Shown: positions 30,014-38,974, counted from the first letter of the stretch. The stretch: 64,000 bases of DNA from a virus (IMGVR_UViG_3300047200_000500:64001-128000); one strand, 5' to 3'. Translations and numbers: made by a program. The notes: a model not told the origin generated them from the letters alone.

Positions 30014-30670
30014 ATGCAGGTCCTATCCAATAGAGTGATTACTAAAAATCAGGTAATCCGGGATTATTACCCTCTCAAGGTAATAAAGCAGGACTCTATA
30101 CTTGCCGAATCGGCAAATGGATCACCAAAGCGTCAGGTTACACGTCTAACCAGTTTGGTTCAAAAAGCTGAAGATCCAAACGAGAATGGTAGAATCTATC
30201 CACTTGAAGTAATGACTGAGAGTGTTAAAGCTATACAGCCAATGTTGAAAGAGCGTTCAATCTTGGGTGAGATGGATCACCCAGATGATGCTAAAATTCA
30301 TACAGAAAATGCTTGCATATTGTTAACTAAGTTATGGATGGAAGGCAAGAATGTTTATGGTCAGTTTGAGATCCTTGAAGGAATGCCTAAGGGGCAGATG
30401 CTCAAGGCTCTAATTGACCAAGATGTAAGAGTCTGCATTAGTAGTCGTGGTGTGGGTGATCTTGAATCGTATCTTAGTGAAGATGGTAATGAGTTTAATA
30501 GAGTTCTTCCAGGATTTAAGTTCGTAACCTTTGATGCTGTTAATGAACCTAGTGTTAATGGTACTAATCTTAGCATAATGGAAAGCAAGATCCGTGTTGC
30601 TCGTAGCAAGTCACGTATTGATCTTGAAAAACAGTTCCTCACTGAGACCAAACTTACTTTCAGAGTTTGA
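30014..30670 (+). CDS. gp21: Prohead protease
   Basis: 'NENGRIYP', 'GEMDHP', 'ISSRGVG' and 'FDAVNEPS' are T4 gp21 catalytic motifs. Confidence 0.95.
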   Translation: MQVLSNRVITKNQVIRDYYPLKVIKQDSILAESANGSPKRQVTRLTSLVQKAEDPNENGRIYPLEVMTESVKAIQPMLKERSILGEMDHPDDAKIHTENACILLTKLWMEGKNVYGQFEILEGMPKGQMLKALIDQDVRVCISSRGVGDLESYLSEDGNEFNRVLPGFKFVTFDAVNEPSVNGTNLSIMESKIRVARSKSRIDLEKQFLTETKLTFRV

Positions 30671-30722
30671 TCAAATATATTTCAACCACCATTTTCAAAA
30701 CCTAAGTCAAGGAATAAATCAA

Positions 30723-31718
30723 ATGGATCGCGCTACAATAATCAAAGCCCTTAAAGAAGAGATTGATGCCGTCGAAAAGGCTGATGGCAAGGGTGTTGCT
30801 AAAAAAGAAGTAAAGGAAGTTAGTGGAGTTAGTGCTGATGGAAAATCAGAAAAAATCAAGCTTAGTGGTGGTGAAACCACAGTTGGTGGTGATGCTGGTG
30901 GCGTGACTAAAGGTGGCAAGCCTGCCGAAGGTTGCTGTGAACCGGCTATTGAAAAGGCTGATGGTAAATCAGTGGCTTCAGCTAAGACAGGCGATGCCAA
31001 AGTTGGTGGCGGAGCAGCTGACGGTAAAGCAGTTTGCACTGCTGATGGTAAATCAGTAGCTACTGCTGATGCCAAGATCAGTCCAGACCTTAAGGGGATG
31101 GACAATGCAGTTGGTGAGAGTATAACCCTCCCTCATGATGTACTGGTCGAGATGAATGGCAAGCAGATGACTCTTAAGGCTGGCACCAAGGTGTGCTTAG
31201 TCAAGGAAGAGGAAGAGTGCGAGAAAAATGATGAGAAAAAGAAAAATGAAGAGCCGCCTGTCGCAGCAGAACCTGGGGCTTCAGTAACTGTTGAAGACAA
31301 TAAAAAGAGTAATAAGGTTGTTAATGAGGAAATTCCTGATTTCCTTAAAGATGAAGGAACTAAAGATGCTGGCGAAGAGGCTGGCGAAGAGGCTGGCGAA
31401 GAGGCTGGCGAAGAGGCTGGCGAAGAGGCTGGCGAGGGCGAAGTAGAATTTGGTGCTGGTGACATGCCAAGTGATGAAGCAGATCTGCCCGCCATAGTTG
31501 AACCGGAGAAGGAAATTGAAGGAAGTGCACTTGATAAGATTGTAGCCTCTCTCGATACCCTGGCTGATAGCTTCCGTGAGTTTGCTGCAGAAGAGAAGAG
31601 CGAACCACAGCATGGTGGTGAGGAAGCTGGTACTGGTGAGAAGGAAGAGAAGGAAAATACTGAGTTTAATACTCAACTTGAGTCATTCAGCAAGAGAAAA
31701 GGTAAACTGATCAAGTAA
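30723..31718 (+). CDS. Acidic prohead core protein with ADGK and EEAG repeats
   Basis: AAGGA SD and ATG at 30723; five ADGK motifs; highly acidic. Confidence 0.7.
   Translation: MDRATIIKALKEEIDAVEKADGKGVAKKEVKEVSGVSADGKSEKIKLSGGETTVGGDAGGVTKGGKPAEGCCEPAIEKADGKSVASAKTGDAKVGGGAADGKAVCTADGKSVATADAKISPDLKGMDNAVGESITLPHDVLVEMNGKQMTLKAGTKVCLVKEEEECEKNDEKKKNEEPPVAAEPGASVTVEDNKKSNKVVNEEIPDFLKDEGTKDAGEEAGEEAGEEAGEEAGEEAGEGEVEFGAGDMPSDEADLPAIVEPEKEIEGSALDKIVASLDTLADSFREFAAEEKSEPQHGGEEAGTGEKEEKENTEFNTQLESFSKRKGKLIK
31368..31436. repeat. In-frame 12-bp tandem repeat GCTGGCGAAGAG x5.7 (AGEE)
   Basis: Five perfect units plus a partial unit. Confidence 0.95.
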
Positions 31719-31744
31719 TTAGTCAATACAGTTATTGCAACTGA

Positions 31745-31783
31745 TTTCACCCCAGGCTAAAAAGCTTGGGGTGAAAAGTTTTT
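31745..31783 (+). terminator. Intrinsic terminator
   Basis: TTTCACCCCAGGCT-aaaa-AGCTTGGGGTGAAA, then a T run. Confidence 0.8.
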
Positions 31784-31798
31784 GGACAAAGATATAAT

Positions 31799-32254
31799 AT
31801 GAAGTTGTCACTGATAAATGAGTCTAATAGAGAAGATAGAGAAATACTATCAAGACAAGCTGAATTTGAAACAGTTCTTTTATATGAGCCAGAATTTGAA
31901 TCAATGGAAAATTATGAAATTTTAGATTATTGCACGAAACAATTTACTACTAATACTCCTCCTGGTATAACACCAATAAATGCCAAAGTAATATGTGCTG
32001 ATACTAAAAATGTGGATGATGATAGATTATTTAAAGCTGTTTTTGTAACTTCAATTGAAGATTTCATAAGAAATTCGATAGAGTATGACAATGATGTGTA
32101 TGATATATTAGATGGTATTAAGGTTGCCACCCATGATAAATCAATTATGGCGGCAGCCAATAGATTTATGAGAGACAAATCAAATAATTTTAAAGTAGCA
32201 AAAATTGGTGGTGGAAATGAAATATCAGATATTGATGTTACTCAACAATTTTAG
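31799..32254 (+). CDS. Hypothetical protein with capsid-targeting-like N-terminus (MKLSLINE|S)
   Basis: 151 aa, late-type motif 12 nt upstream. Confidence 0.6.
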   Translation: MKLSLINESNREDREILSRQAEFETVLLYEPEFESMENYEILDYCTKQFTTNTPPGITPINAKVICADTKNVDDDRLFKAVFVTSIEDFIRNSIEYDNDVYDILDGIKVATHDKSIMAAANRFMRDKSNNFKVAKIGGGNEISDIDVTQQF

Positions 32255-32255
32255 T

Positions 32256-32414
32256 ATGAAACTTTCATCAATTAATGATAGGGCACCAAAAGATAAGAAG
32301 GTTGTAGATCTTAGGAGTAAACCAGAAGAAGATAAAGTAATAGATGCCAGAACACCATCAAAGAAAAATGATGGTTTAGGTAAAGGATGGAGAACGTTGC
32401 GTCAAGATGCGTAA
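32256..32414 (+). CDS. Small protein (MKLSSIND...)
   Basis: ATG 1 nt after the upstream stop; N-terminus resembles that of 31799. Confidence 0.5.
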   Translation: MKLSSINDRAPKDKKVVDLRSKPEEDKVIDARTPSKKNDGLGKGWRTLRQDA

Positions 32415-33043
32415 TCTGTCTGATATTTGTATTGTTTAAAATAATGCTCAACAAATAATTTTTTGTCGTCGTTTTCTTCTAAATCTATAAGTATCTTATT
32501 ATTAATGAAGAAATTAAATTTATGTATGCCTAAATAATAGTTTTCTTCAAATCTTATATTGTTATTGGTCAATTTCTTTTTTAAATCGTTATGATCACGA
32601 GTTCCAAATTTCAAGTTCATCTCCTTTTTGTCCTTAGCTGTTAATACTTTAATTCTATAATCATCATCTAGCCATTTATTTTTTATCTTATTTGATATGT
32701 CTTCCCTATAATTTTTGGACTTCCATAATTTTTTAACTCTGTTACTATTATCTGATTTATTTTTGGAATCTTGGTAAAATTTCCTCAATGATTTACTTAT
32801 TTTATCTGCATTTTTAGCATTGTTGATAGTTGCTATCATACTCATTTTGGATTTTACAACGCTACTAGCTAATTTCTCCAGTGATCTTTCTTTAGATTCA
32901 TGTTTAAATTTTTTAGATTGGGTGGTTTTTTTGATTTTGCAATTTCTGCATATGAATTTTTTGGGGTCGTTTCTTGATAACCATCTGTTTAGAAATTCAT
33001 ATTCTGTTTGGCATTCTTTACATGTGGCTTTAATTTTGTTCAT
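32402..33043 (-). CDS. Degenerate free-standing endonuclease-like protein (Zn finger, NUMOD-like helical repeats, eroded PD-(D/E)XK/DUF559-like end)
   Basis: CKEC...CRNC; 'KISKSLR..', 'REDISNKIK.KW' repeats; 'FNFFINNKILIDLE' lacks the usual D...E..G..H residues. Confidence 0.5.
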   Translation of the reverse strand: MNKIKATCKECQTEYEFLNRWLSRNDPKKFICRNCKIKKTTQSKKFKHESKERSLEKLASSVVKSKMSMIATINNAKNADKISKSLRKFYQDSKNKSDNSNRVKKLWKSKNYREDISNKIKNKWLDDDYRIKVLTAKDKKEMNLKFGTRDHNDLKKKLTNNNIRFEENYYLGIHKFNFFINNKILIDLEENDDKKLFVEHYFKQYKYQTDYAS

Positions 33044-33181
33044 ATAGTGTTCGAAATTATTTATTTACAGTGAAATACATTCATAATTATACTAAATTAC
33101 TTGTTGATTAACAAAATTACAATAACGGGTGAATTAATACATAATTCATTCGATTCCGTCACTAAATGACAAGGAAACCAG

Positions 33182-33892
33182 ATGGACCTCTCCAAAATCG
33201 AAGCAATCCTCAAAAAGATGAACATCTCTGAGGAAGCTATCAAGGAATTCACTACCACTGTTAGTGAGCATTTTGTTTCTAAGGAAAAGGCGCTCAAAGA
33301 AGAGTTTACCCAACGTTTAAATAAAGCTAAACAAGTGTGTGTTGAAGAAGTTGAAGCACACAAATCAAACCTTTCTCGTGGTGTCCAGCGCTTCTTAGAA
33401 GCTAAGGTCACTACAATCGAAAAAGCTGCTTCCAAAAAGCATGCTATTGAGGAGTCTGAAGCTACCACCAAACTCAAGCATCTCAAAGCATTGCTTGAGG
33501 GAATAAATGTGGATAGCGCTCAAACCAATCAGGCTCTCCAGGCTGTCAAGGAAGAGAAGGCTGCTGTTGAGAAACAGCTTGTTGAATCTCGCGAAGCACT
33601 GCAACGCGAGAAGGCTAAGGCCGGTAAGCTCTCGGAAATAGCTGAAAAGTCCATGGCACGGCAGAAGGACCTTGAAGGTAAGCTGCAGTTAGTGGAAAAG
33701 AAGCTGGAAGAGAGTAAGGTTGCTCCAGTCCAGGAGAAGACCTTGGCAGAAGAGAAGCAATCTGCGGCTAAGCCTCAGACGACAGTAGTGGCGGAGAGTA
33801 CCAAGCAGAATGCTGCTAAGCCTACCGCTAAGCCTGCTCAGAACGAGCCATCGAATGAAATCGATGACATCGCCCAGTCCCTGGAATCCTGA
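33182..33892 (+). CDS. gp22: Major prohead scaffolding protein, T4 gp22-like
   Basis: Coiled-coil, E/K/A-rich, immediately upstream of the capsid gene; AAGGA SD. Confidence 0.75.
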   Translation: MDLSKIEAILKKMNISEEAIKEFTTTVSEHFVSKEKALKEEFTQRLNKAKQVCVEEVEAHKSNLSRGVQRFLEAKVTTIEKAASKKHAIEESEATTKLKHLKALLEGINVDSAQTNQALQAVKEEKAAVEKQLVESREALQREKAKAGKLSEIAEKSMARQKDLEGKLQLVEKKLEESKVAPVQEKTLAEEKQSAAKPQTTVVAESTKQNAAKPTAKPAQNEPSNEIDDIAQSLES

Positions 33893-33927
33893 ACCCTCTA
33901 TCAACCCTCCCACCAACGGAGATCCAA

Positions 33928-35422
33928 GTGAACAAGCGTCAAGAAGTCCTCTTAACTGAGGCTAAGAAGAACGAACAGGTCCACAAGTGGGCCAAAGTTC
34001 TCAACAAAATGCCCGAAGTCAAGTCCCGCAGCAAAATGGGACTCATGGCTTCGATCATGGAAAACCAGTACAACCACATGAAGGGCGGCGGCGGAAGCCG
34101 TATCCTTTTTGAGGATGCTACCACCACCAACAACATCGCGGACTTCACCCGCTTTGCCCTCCCCCTCCTGCGCAAGAGCTACCCCAAGCTCATCGCTGAC
34201 GGCCTCGTGGGCGTGCAGCCCATGTCGCAGCCCGCTTCGCTGATCTTCTACGTCCGCTATCGGTATGGCATCAGCAAGGGCCAGACTGTTGCTGGTACGC
34301 AGATCATGCGTCAGAACACCTCGCAGGCTTACGCTCGTCAGAATGGCTGGGCGCTTGATCCTTACTACAGCTCGCAGACTGTTAAGGACGAGAACCTCAC
34401 CATCGCTGGTGGCGTGATCAGCGGTCAACTGGCCCAGAAGCCTGTTCTGGCTGGTACCGTGGTGGTCAACGTCTACGCAGCTGACACCAACTCGTGCGAC
34501 ACCCCCACCCCGCTGCTCCAGGTTAGCTTCGACAGCAAGGGCGCACCCGACAACGTTCTTATTGGCAACGTGACTGGTCTGACGATCGACACCTCGACAA
34601 GTGGTGCTACGTCCTTCAACCACAACACTGGCACTGTGAACATCACCGTTTCAAGCGGTACGTTCCCAGTTGGTGCCTTTGCGACTGTCGATTACGAGTT
34701 CGACCTTGAGAACAACCCCTTCCAGCCGGAAGTGACTCTCTCGATCGACAGCGACTCGGTTTCGGCCATCACCCGCAAGCTGAAGACCTCGTGGAGCCTT
34801 GAGGCTGCTCAGGATCTCCGTGCACAACATGGACGCTGAGGCCACCCTGACCGACCTGATGGGTGATGAGATCGTCGCTGAGATTGATCGTGAGATCATC
34901 AACGACCTGATCATCGCTTCCAGCATCCGCGCCACCCACAACTTTGCCACCGCAGCCGGTGCTTCGGTCAACTTCATTGACCGTAACATCGCCCTGTTGT
35001 ACAAGACCCTGGAAGTGGCGAACGTCATCCATCGTACCACACTCCGTGGTCCGGCCAACTGGATGGTGACTTCGGCTGATATCTCAAGCAAGTTTGAGCA
35101 GCTGAACGACTTCCGTGGTAGCGACGTGCTGGCCACCGATGGAATCGACATTGGCATCACCAATGCTGGAACCATTCAGGGCAAGCTGAAGCTCTACAAG
35201 GATCCTCTCTTCCCCAACTGCAAGATCCTGATGGGCTTCAAGGGTAACAGCGCACTGGATGCGGGTTACTTCTACGCCCCCTATATCCCGCTGCTCAGCA
35301 CCCCGACTGTGCTTGATCCAAACAGCTATACCCCTAGTAAAGGCGTGATGACCAGATACGGGAAAAAGCTGATAGAAGATGGTGGGTTGTTCTATGGAAC
35401 TATTAACGTCAGCAACCTGTAA
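33928..35422 (+). CDS. gp23: Major capsid protein (T4 gp23 family), split by a frameshift at about 34819
   Basis: 'GVQPMSQPASLIFYVRYRY' and 'RKLKTSWSLEAAQDL' in frame 1; 'DAEATL...EIVAEIDREII', 'RGPANWMVTS', 'YFYAPYIPL' and 'GVMTRYG' in frame 2. Confidence 0.95.
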
Positions 35423-35447
35423 TTCGGATCAGAAGTAGTCGAAAGAC

Positions 35448-35487
35448 GCATCGAACCCCAGGTGAAAGCCTGGGGTTCGATGTTTTT
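35448..35487 (+). terminator. Strong intrinsic terminator after the capsid gene
   Basis: CATCGAACCCCAGGT-gaaa-GCCTGGGGTTCGATG followed by TTTTT. Confidence 0.9.
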
Positions 35488-35596
35488 GTACATAGAAATG
35501 CCCATAAGAAGCCTGTAAAAATAATATGATGTAAACAGTAAATAATTGTGTTAAATTGCAAAATATATAAAATAAGAGCACTTCTATGGAGAACAC

Positions 35597-37321
35597 ATGA
35601 AGTATTTTTTTGAAGAAGTATCCAAATTGTATGAGCAAGGAAAATCGCAAAAACAGATATCTGATGAATTAGGTTGTGGTCTTAATACTGTTCGTAGAAG
35701 AATGAAAGAATTAAAATTGGGTGGTAAATCAAAAGGGATAAGAAATTATCAGATTAATGAATCTGTTTTTGATAATATTAATACAGAAGAAAAAGCTTAT
35801 TGGCTTGGATTTTTATTGGCTGATGGTTGTATTGCCAAGTCTGCAAAAACAAGAAGAGCAATAAAAGTATCAATACAAATAAGAGATAAAGAACATTTAC
35901 TAAGATTAGCTAAATTTTTTAATTTTAATGGTAAGTATATTTTCGATAAGAGAAATAATCATGAAAGAATTGGATTTGTTTTTAATTCTGTTAGGTTATG
36001 CAATAAATTAATAGAATATGGATGGCTTGAGTTCAAAGAAAATGGCGATACTAAAATATTAAATATTAACGAAAATTTATTTAGTCATTTGTTCCGTGGA
36101 TATTTTGATGGTGATGGATGTATTTCAAATTGGATTAATAAAAAGAAAACATGGTATATCCATATAGTATCAAATAATCGTAAGCCACTTGAATATTTTA
36201 ATTCAAAAGTTCCAGTAAGTTCAGTAGTTAAAGATAGGATTAATAAAAAATCTGGCAATAAAACATATACGATAAAATGGAGTGGGCTAAACAATGTTAG
36301 ATCAATGATTGGTTATATTTATGATAATAGTAATATTTATTTAAAGAGAAAATTTATAAGATGTTCCAATATTGATAATGATTTATTTGTGTTTAGATCA
36401 ATTCATTCGTTTAGTTTTAATGGAATTAAAAGAACCAATGATATAGATAAAATAGTTTGTGAAAGATTAATAGAATCATTTTCTAATATTTTAATTGATT
36501 ATGGTTGGTCGAATCCACAATTTGATTATGAATATGATATCAATGAATTAAAAAAATTTGATATTAATAAATGTATATGTGAAAATTCATTAATAACTGT
36601 TAATGGTAAAACTCCTGGAAATGATACAATTTTACATTTCCAATCTGATATTTGGAAAATAAGTCAAAATTCAAAACCATCAATATATGAATTGTCAAAT
36701 CATAAAAATATTGTAATTAAGGCTATTAATCAATTTTTTAAACAAGACAATAGTTCCTTATCATCAACTAGACTTATTAGAGAATTACAATTTGCTGGAT
36801 TTACAAAAGCGTCAATCTTGTCTGTTCCAGTAATCATGGCAGCAATTAAAAAATTCAATTTGTCTGGTAGTTGGTTTGATCCGTGTGCTGGATGGGGAAA
36901 TAGATTATTAGCTGCTCATATTCTGAAGATTGATTACAATTGTACTGATCCAGGAATTTGTTATGAAGGATTAAAAGAATTATCTTCTAATATAAAATCA
37001 ACTGCAACTGTTCAAAACAAAAAATGGCAAGATGCTGAATGGATTAATTGTGGATTTGTATTAACATCACCTCCTTTTTGGAATAAAGAAAATTATTTAG
37101 ATAATGTTGATTACGGAACATATGATAAATGGTGTGGTGAATTTTTATTTCCATTAATAGAGAAATCTAAACAATATTCACAAAATATTGTTTTTCATGT
37201 TGATAAAAGAATGATTAGCAGTATATCTGAAAAGTATAATACTGAGATTGTTCCACTGACTTCCTCAAATAGACATAAAATGCCAACTGAATATTTTATA
37301 AAAATTAATGAATGTATTTAA
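35597..37321 (+). CDS. HTH + LAGLIDADG homing endonuclease fused to an amino-DNA-methyltransferase-like domain
   Basis: 'AYWLGFLLADGCI' and 'HLFRGYFDGDGCI'; C-terminal 'FDPCAGWGNRL' (SAM-binding) and 'TSPPFWNKENY' (catalytic motif). Confidence 0.8.
   Translation: MKYFFEEVSKLYEQGKSQKQISDELGCGLNTVRRRMKELKLGGKSKGIRNYQINESVFDNINTEEKAYWLGFLLADGCIAKSAKTRRAIKVSIQIRDKEHLLRLAKFFNFNGKYIFDKRNNHERIGFVFNSVRLCNKLIEYGWLEFKENGDTKILNINENLFSHLFRGYFDGDGCISNWINKKKTWYIHIVSNNRKPLEYFNSKVPVSSVVKDRINKKSGNKTYTIKWSGLNNVRSMIGYIYDNSNIYLKRKFIRCSNIDNDLFVFRSIHSFSFNGIKRTNDIDKIVCERLIESFSNILIDYGWSNPQFDYEYDINELKKFDINKCICENSLITVNGKTPGNDTILHFQSDIWKISQNSKPSIYELSNHKNIVIKAINQFFKQDNSSLSSTRLIRELQFAGFTKASILSVPVIMAAIKKFNLSGSWFDPCAGWGNRLLAAHILKIDYNCTDPGICYEGLKELSSNIKSTATVQNKKWQDAEWINCGFVLTSPPFWNKENYLDNVDYGTYDKWCGEFLFPLIEKSKQYSQNIVFHVDKRMISSISEKYNTEIVPLTSSNRHKMPTEYFIKINECI
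37313..37321 (+). promoter_or_regulatory. Representative second motif TGTATTTAA
   Basis: Identical at 18928 and 41149; variants at 2209, 14092, 39014, 57315 and 33073-33079 (minus strand). Confidence 0.45.
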
Positions 37322-37334
37322 TTTTAGAGCATCA

Positions 37335-37424
37335 GCCGCAGGTCGGCATAGCTACGATCCCAAATGTGGAAAGTAGCAACGGGAAATGAATCCTAGTCGC
37401 CTGCGGCGTCTCAACGAGGACGCC
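37335..37424 (+). ncRNA. Candidate structured cis-regulatory RNA (riboswitch-like)
   Basis: GC-rich island with GCCGCAGG/CCTGCGGC, CGGC/GTCG, GCTAC/GTAGC and GGGA/TCCT pairings, plus a competing GGCGTC/GACGCC hairpin over a GAGGA SD. Confidence 0.55.
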
Positions 37425-38657
37425 ATGCCAGCTTCAACAAGTACAAATGATAAACGGTCTAATTTTAATAGACCATCAGAAGGACCAATCATTGTTGATA
37501 ATGATGATATAATTATCAAACCTCTCACGCCTGGACGGCGAACTGTTATAATTTCTAAAGATGGAACTTGTGACATAGTTTCAGATCCAACCATCAAAGA
37601 ATTAACTGAAACTATAAAATTATTGGCATCAAAATTTAGTGATTTATATAAGAAAGATCTTAATGGAAGAATGGATGAATCAGCCATAGCGGCGTCTGAA
37701 GCATTTCAAAAGCAAATTAATGATTGGGAAATTGTTAAAAAAGAACTTAATGTGAATGATAAACAGAAAAAATTTCCACTTTCTAATGCTTATGCAAAAG
37801 AGATGATATGGCATCAAACCAATGGTTTTAATAGGAATATTAGAGTTTTTTCTTTAAAATATCGTCCAAATGGTGACATCATTAAAGATGACATTATTAA
37901 AGATGGCTACATGATATTAACACCATTTACATATAAAAAGAATAATACTAAAAAATTTTTATTTAAAAAAGTTGATGGAGAATGGAAAATGGATATCAAT
38001 AAAAAATTGCAAGTTCTTTGGTATAAAAATGAACTTATAGCAATAATTTCTCAAGAAACAATCGTTACCAGTGGTGGGGCTATTTGGAATTCTAAATATG
38101 ATAGCATTTTTGATCTATCATTTTATAAGGCTAATTTTATTAAATTTCAAGATGGATCAATGAAGGAAAATGGCGTTAATGGTATTACTAATGAAGTATT
38201 ATTATCCATATTAATAAATCGGTTTGATGATATGGATCGCGATGACGATAAAAAAATCTTAGAATTATTACAAAGTGCTAGGTTGTGGATGTATAAGCGT
38301 ATTTTGGATAAACACATTAGCGAATACAATTCAGATAACACTACAAATTTTGAACCAATAAGGCAAGGTTGCCCATGTAAAACTATACCAGAATATGAAG
38401 AATATGAGAAAAAACATGGCGAATGTCCGTGTAAATATGTCAGGAAATTAAGTGTTGGTAGTAAATTTAAAAAAGATGATGAAAAGTGTATATGGGAAAT
38501 TGTTGATTATGGTATTGCATATGATGGGTACACACCAACATATAAAGTAATTAACGAACATGGAATTAGTGGTGAAGAATATGCCAAAATTGTTGATGAC
38601 GTGATGCTCGGTAAATTTAATAGTGATAAAATATACAGGAGGTTAAGGTTGATATGA
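37425..38657 (+). CDS. Mosaic protein containing a Tad1-like hairpin domain
   Basis: GAGGA SD before the in-frame ATG at 37425. Internal 'IKFQDGSMKENGVNGITNEVLLSILINRF...LQSARLWMYKRILDK'. Confidence 0.6.
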   Translation: MPASTSTNDKRSNFNRPSEGPIIVDNDDIIIKPLTPGRRTVIISKDGTCDIVSDPTIKELTETIKLLASKFSDLYKKDLNGRMDESAIAASEAFQKQINDWEIVKKELNVNDKQKKFPLSNAYAKEMIWHQTNGFNRNIRVFSLKYRPNGDIIKDDIIKDGYMILTPFTYKKNNTKKFLFKKVDGEWKMDINKKLQVLWYKNELIAIISQETIVTSGGAIWNSKYDSIFDLSFYKANFIKFQDGSMKENGVNGITNEVLLSILINRFDDMDRDDDKKILELLQSARLWMYKRILDKHISEYNSDNTTNFEPIRQGCPCKTIPEYEEYEKKHGECPCKYVRKLSVGSKFKKDDEKCIWEIVDYGIAYDGYTPTYKVINEHGISGEEYAKIVDDVMLGKFNSDKIYRRLRLI

Positions 38658-38974
38658 TTTTCTTCATTGATTTTGATGGTACTGTCTGCCCAGATGGTGA
38701 TCCGCAGCCAGAATGCCGCGAGGTATTAAAAAAGTTAAAAGAAGATAATCATACCATAGTAATGTATTCGTGTAGGTCTAATCCTAGTTGTGTTTTTGAC
38801 CATGAACAAGCCACTAAAGAGATGATTGAATATTTGAAGAAACATGATATCCCGTTTGATGGAATAGAACCTAACAAGCCATTTTTCAATTTTATTATAG
38901 ATGATCGGGCATTAGGCATACCATTAACCAAGGCTGGGGATGTAGATTGGGCGAAGATTAAAACATTAATTTAA
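38654..38974 (+). CDS. Minimal capless HAD-superfamily phosphatase
   Basis: 'IDFDGTV', 'YSCR' and 'KP....IIDDRA'. Confidence 0.85.
   Translation: MIFFIDFDGTVCPDGDPQPECREVLKKLKEDNHTIVMYSCRSNPSCVFDHEQATKEMIEYLKKHDIPFDGIEPNKPFFNFIIDDRALGIPLTKAGDVDWAKIKTLI

Noticed and set aside
31368-31436. Tandem repeat as a CRISPR array
   Set aside because: No spacers; it is an in-frame 12-bp coding repeat. No CRISPR array or cas gene was seen in the window.
34810-34840. Self-splicing intron explaining the capsid break
   Set aside because: Sequence is missing rather than inserted; there is no room for an intron.
33939-35175. Long antisense ORFs over the capsid gene
   Set aside because: Expected shadow of GC-rich, biased codons; no recognisable protein features.
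37335-37407. tRNA or SRP RNA
   Set aside because: No TTCRA T-loop, anticodon arm or CCA; the SRP GGAA tetraloop motif is only loosely approximated.
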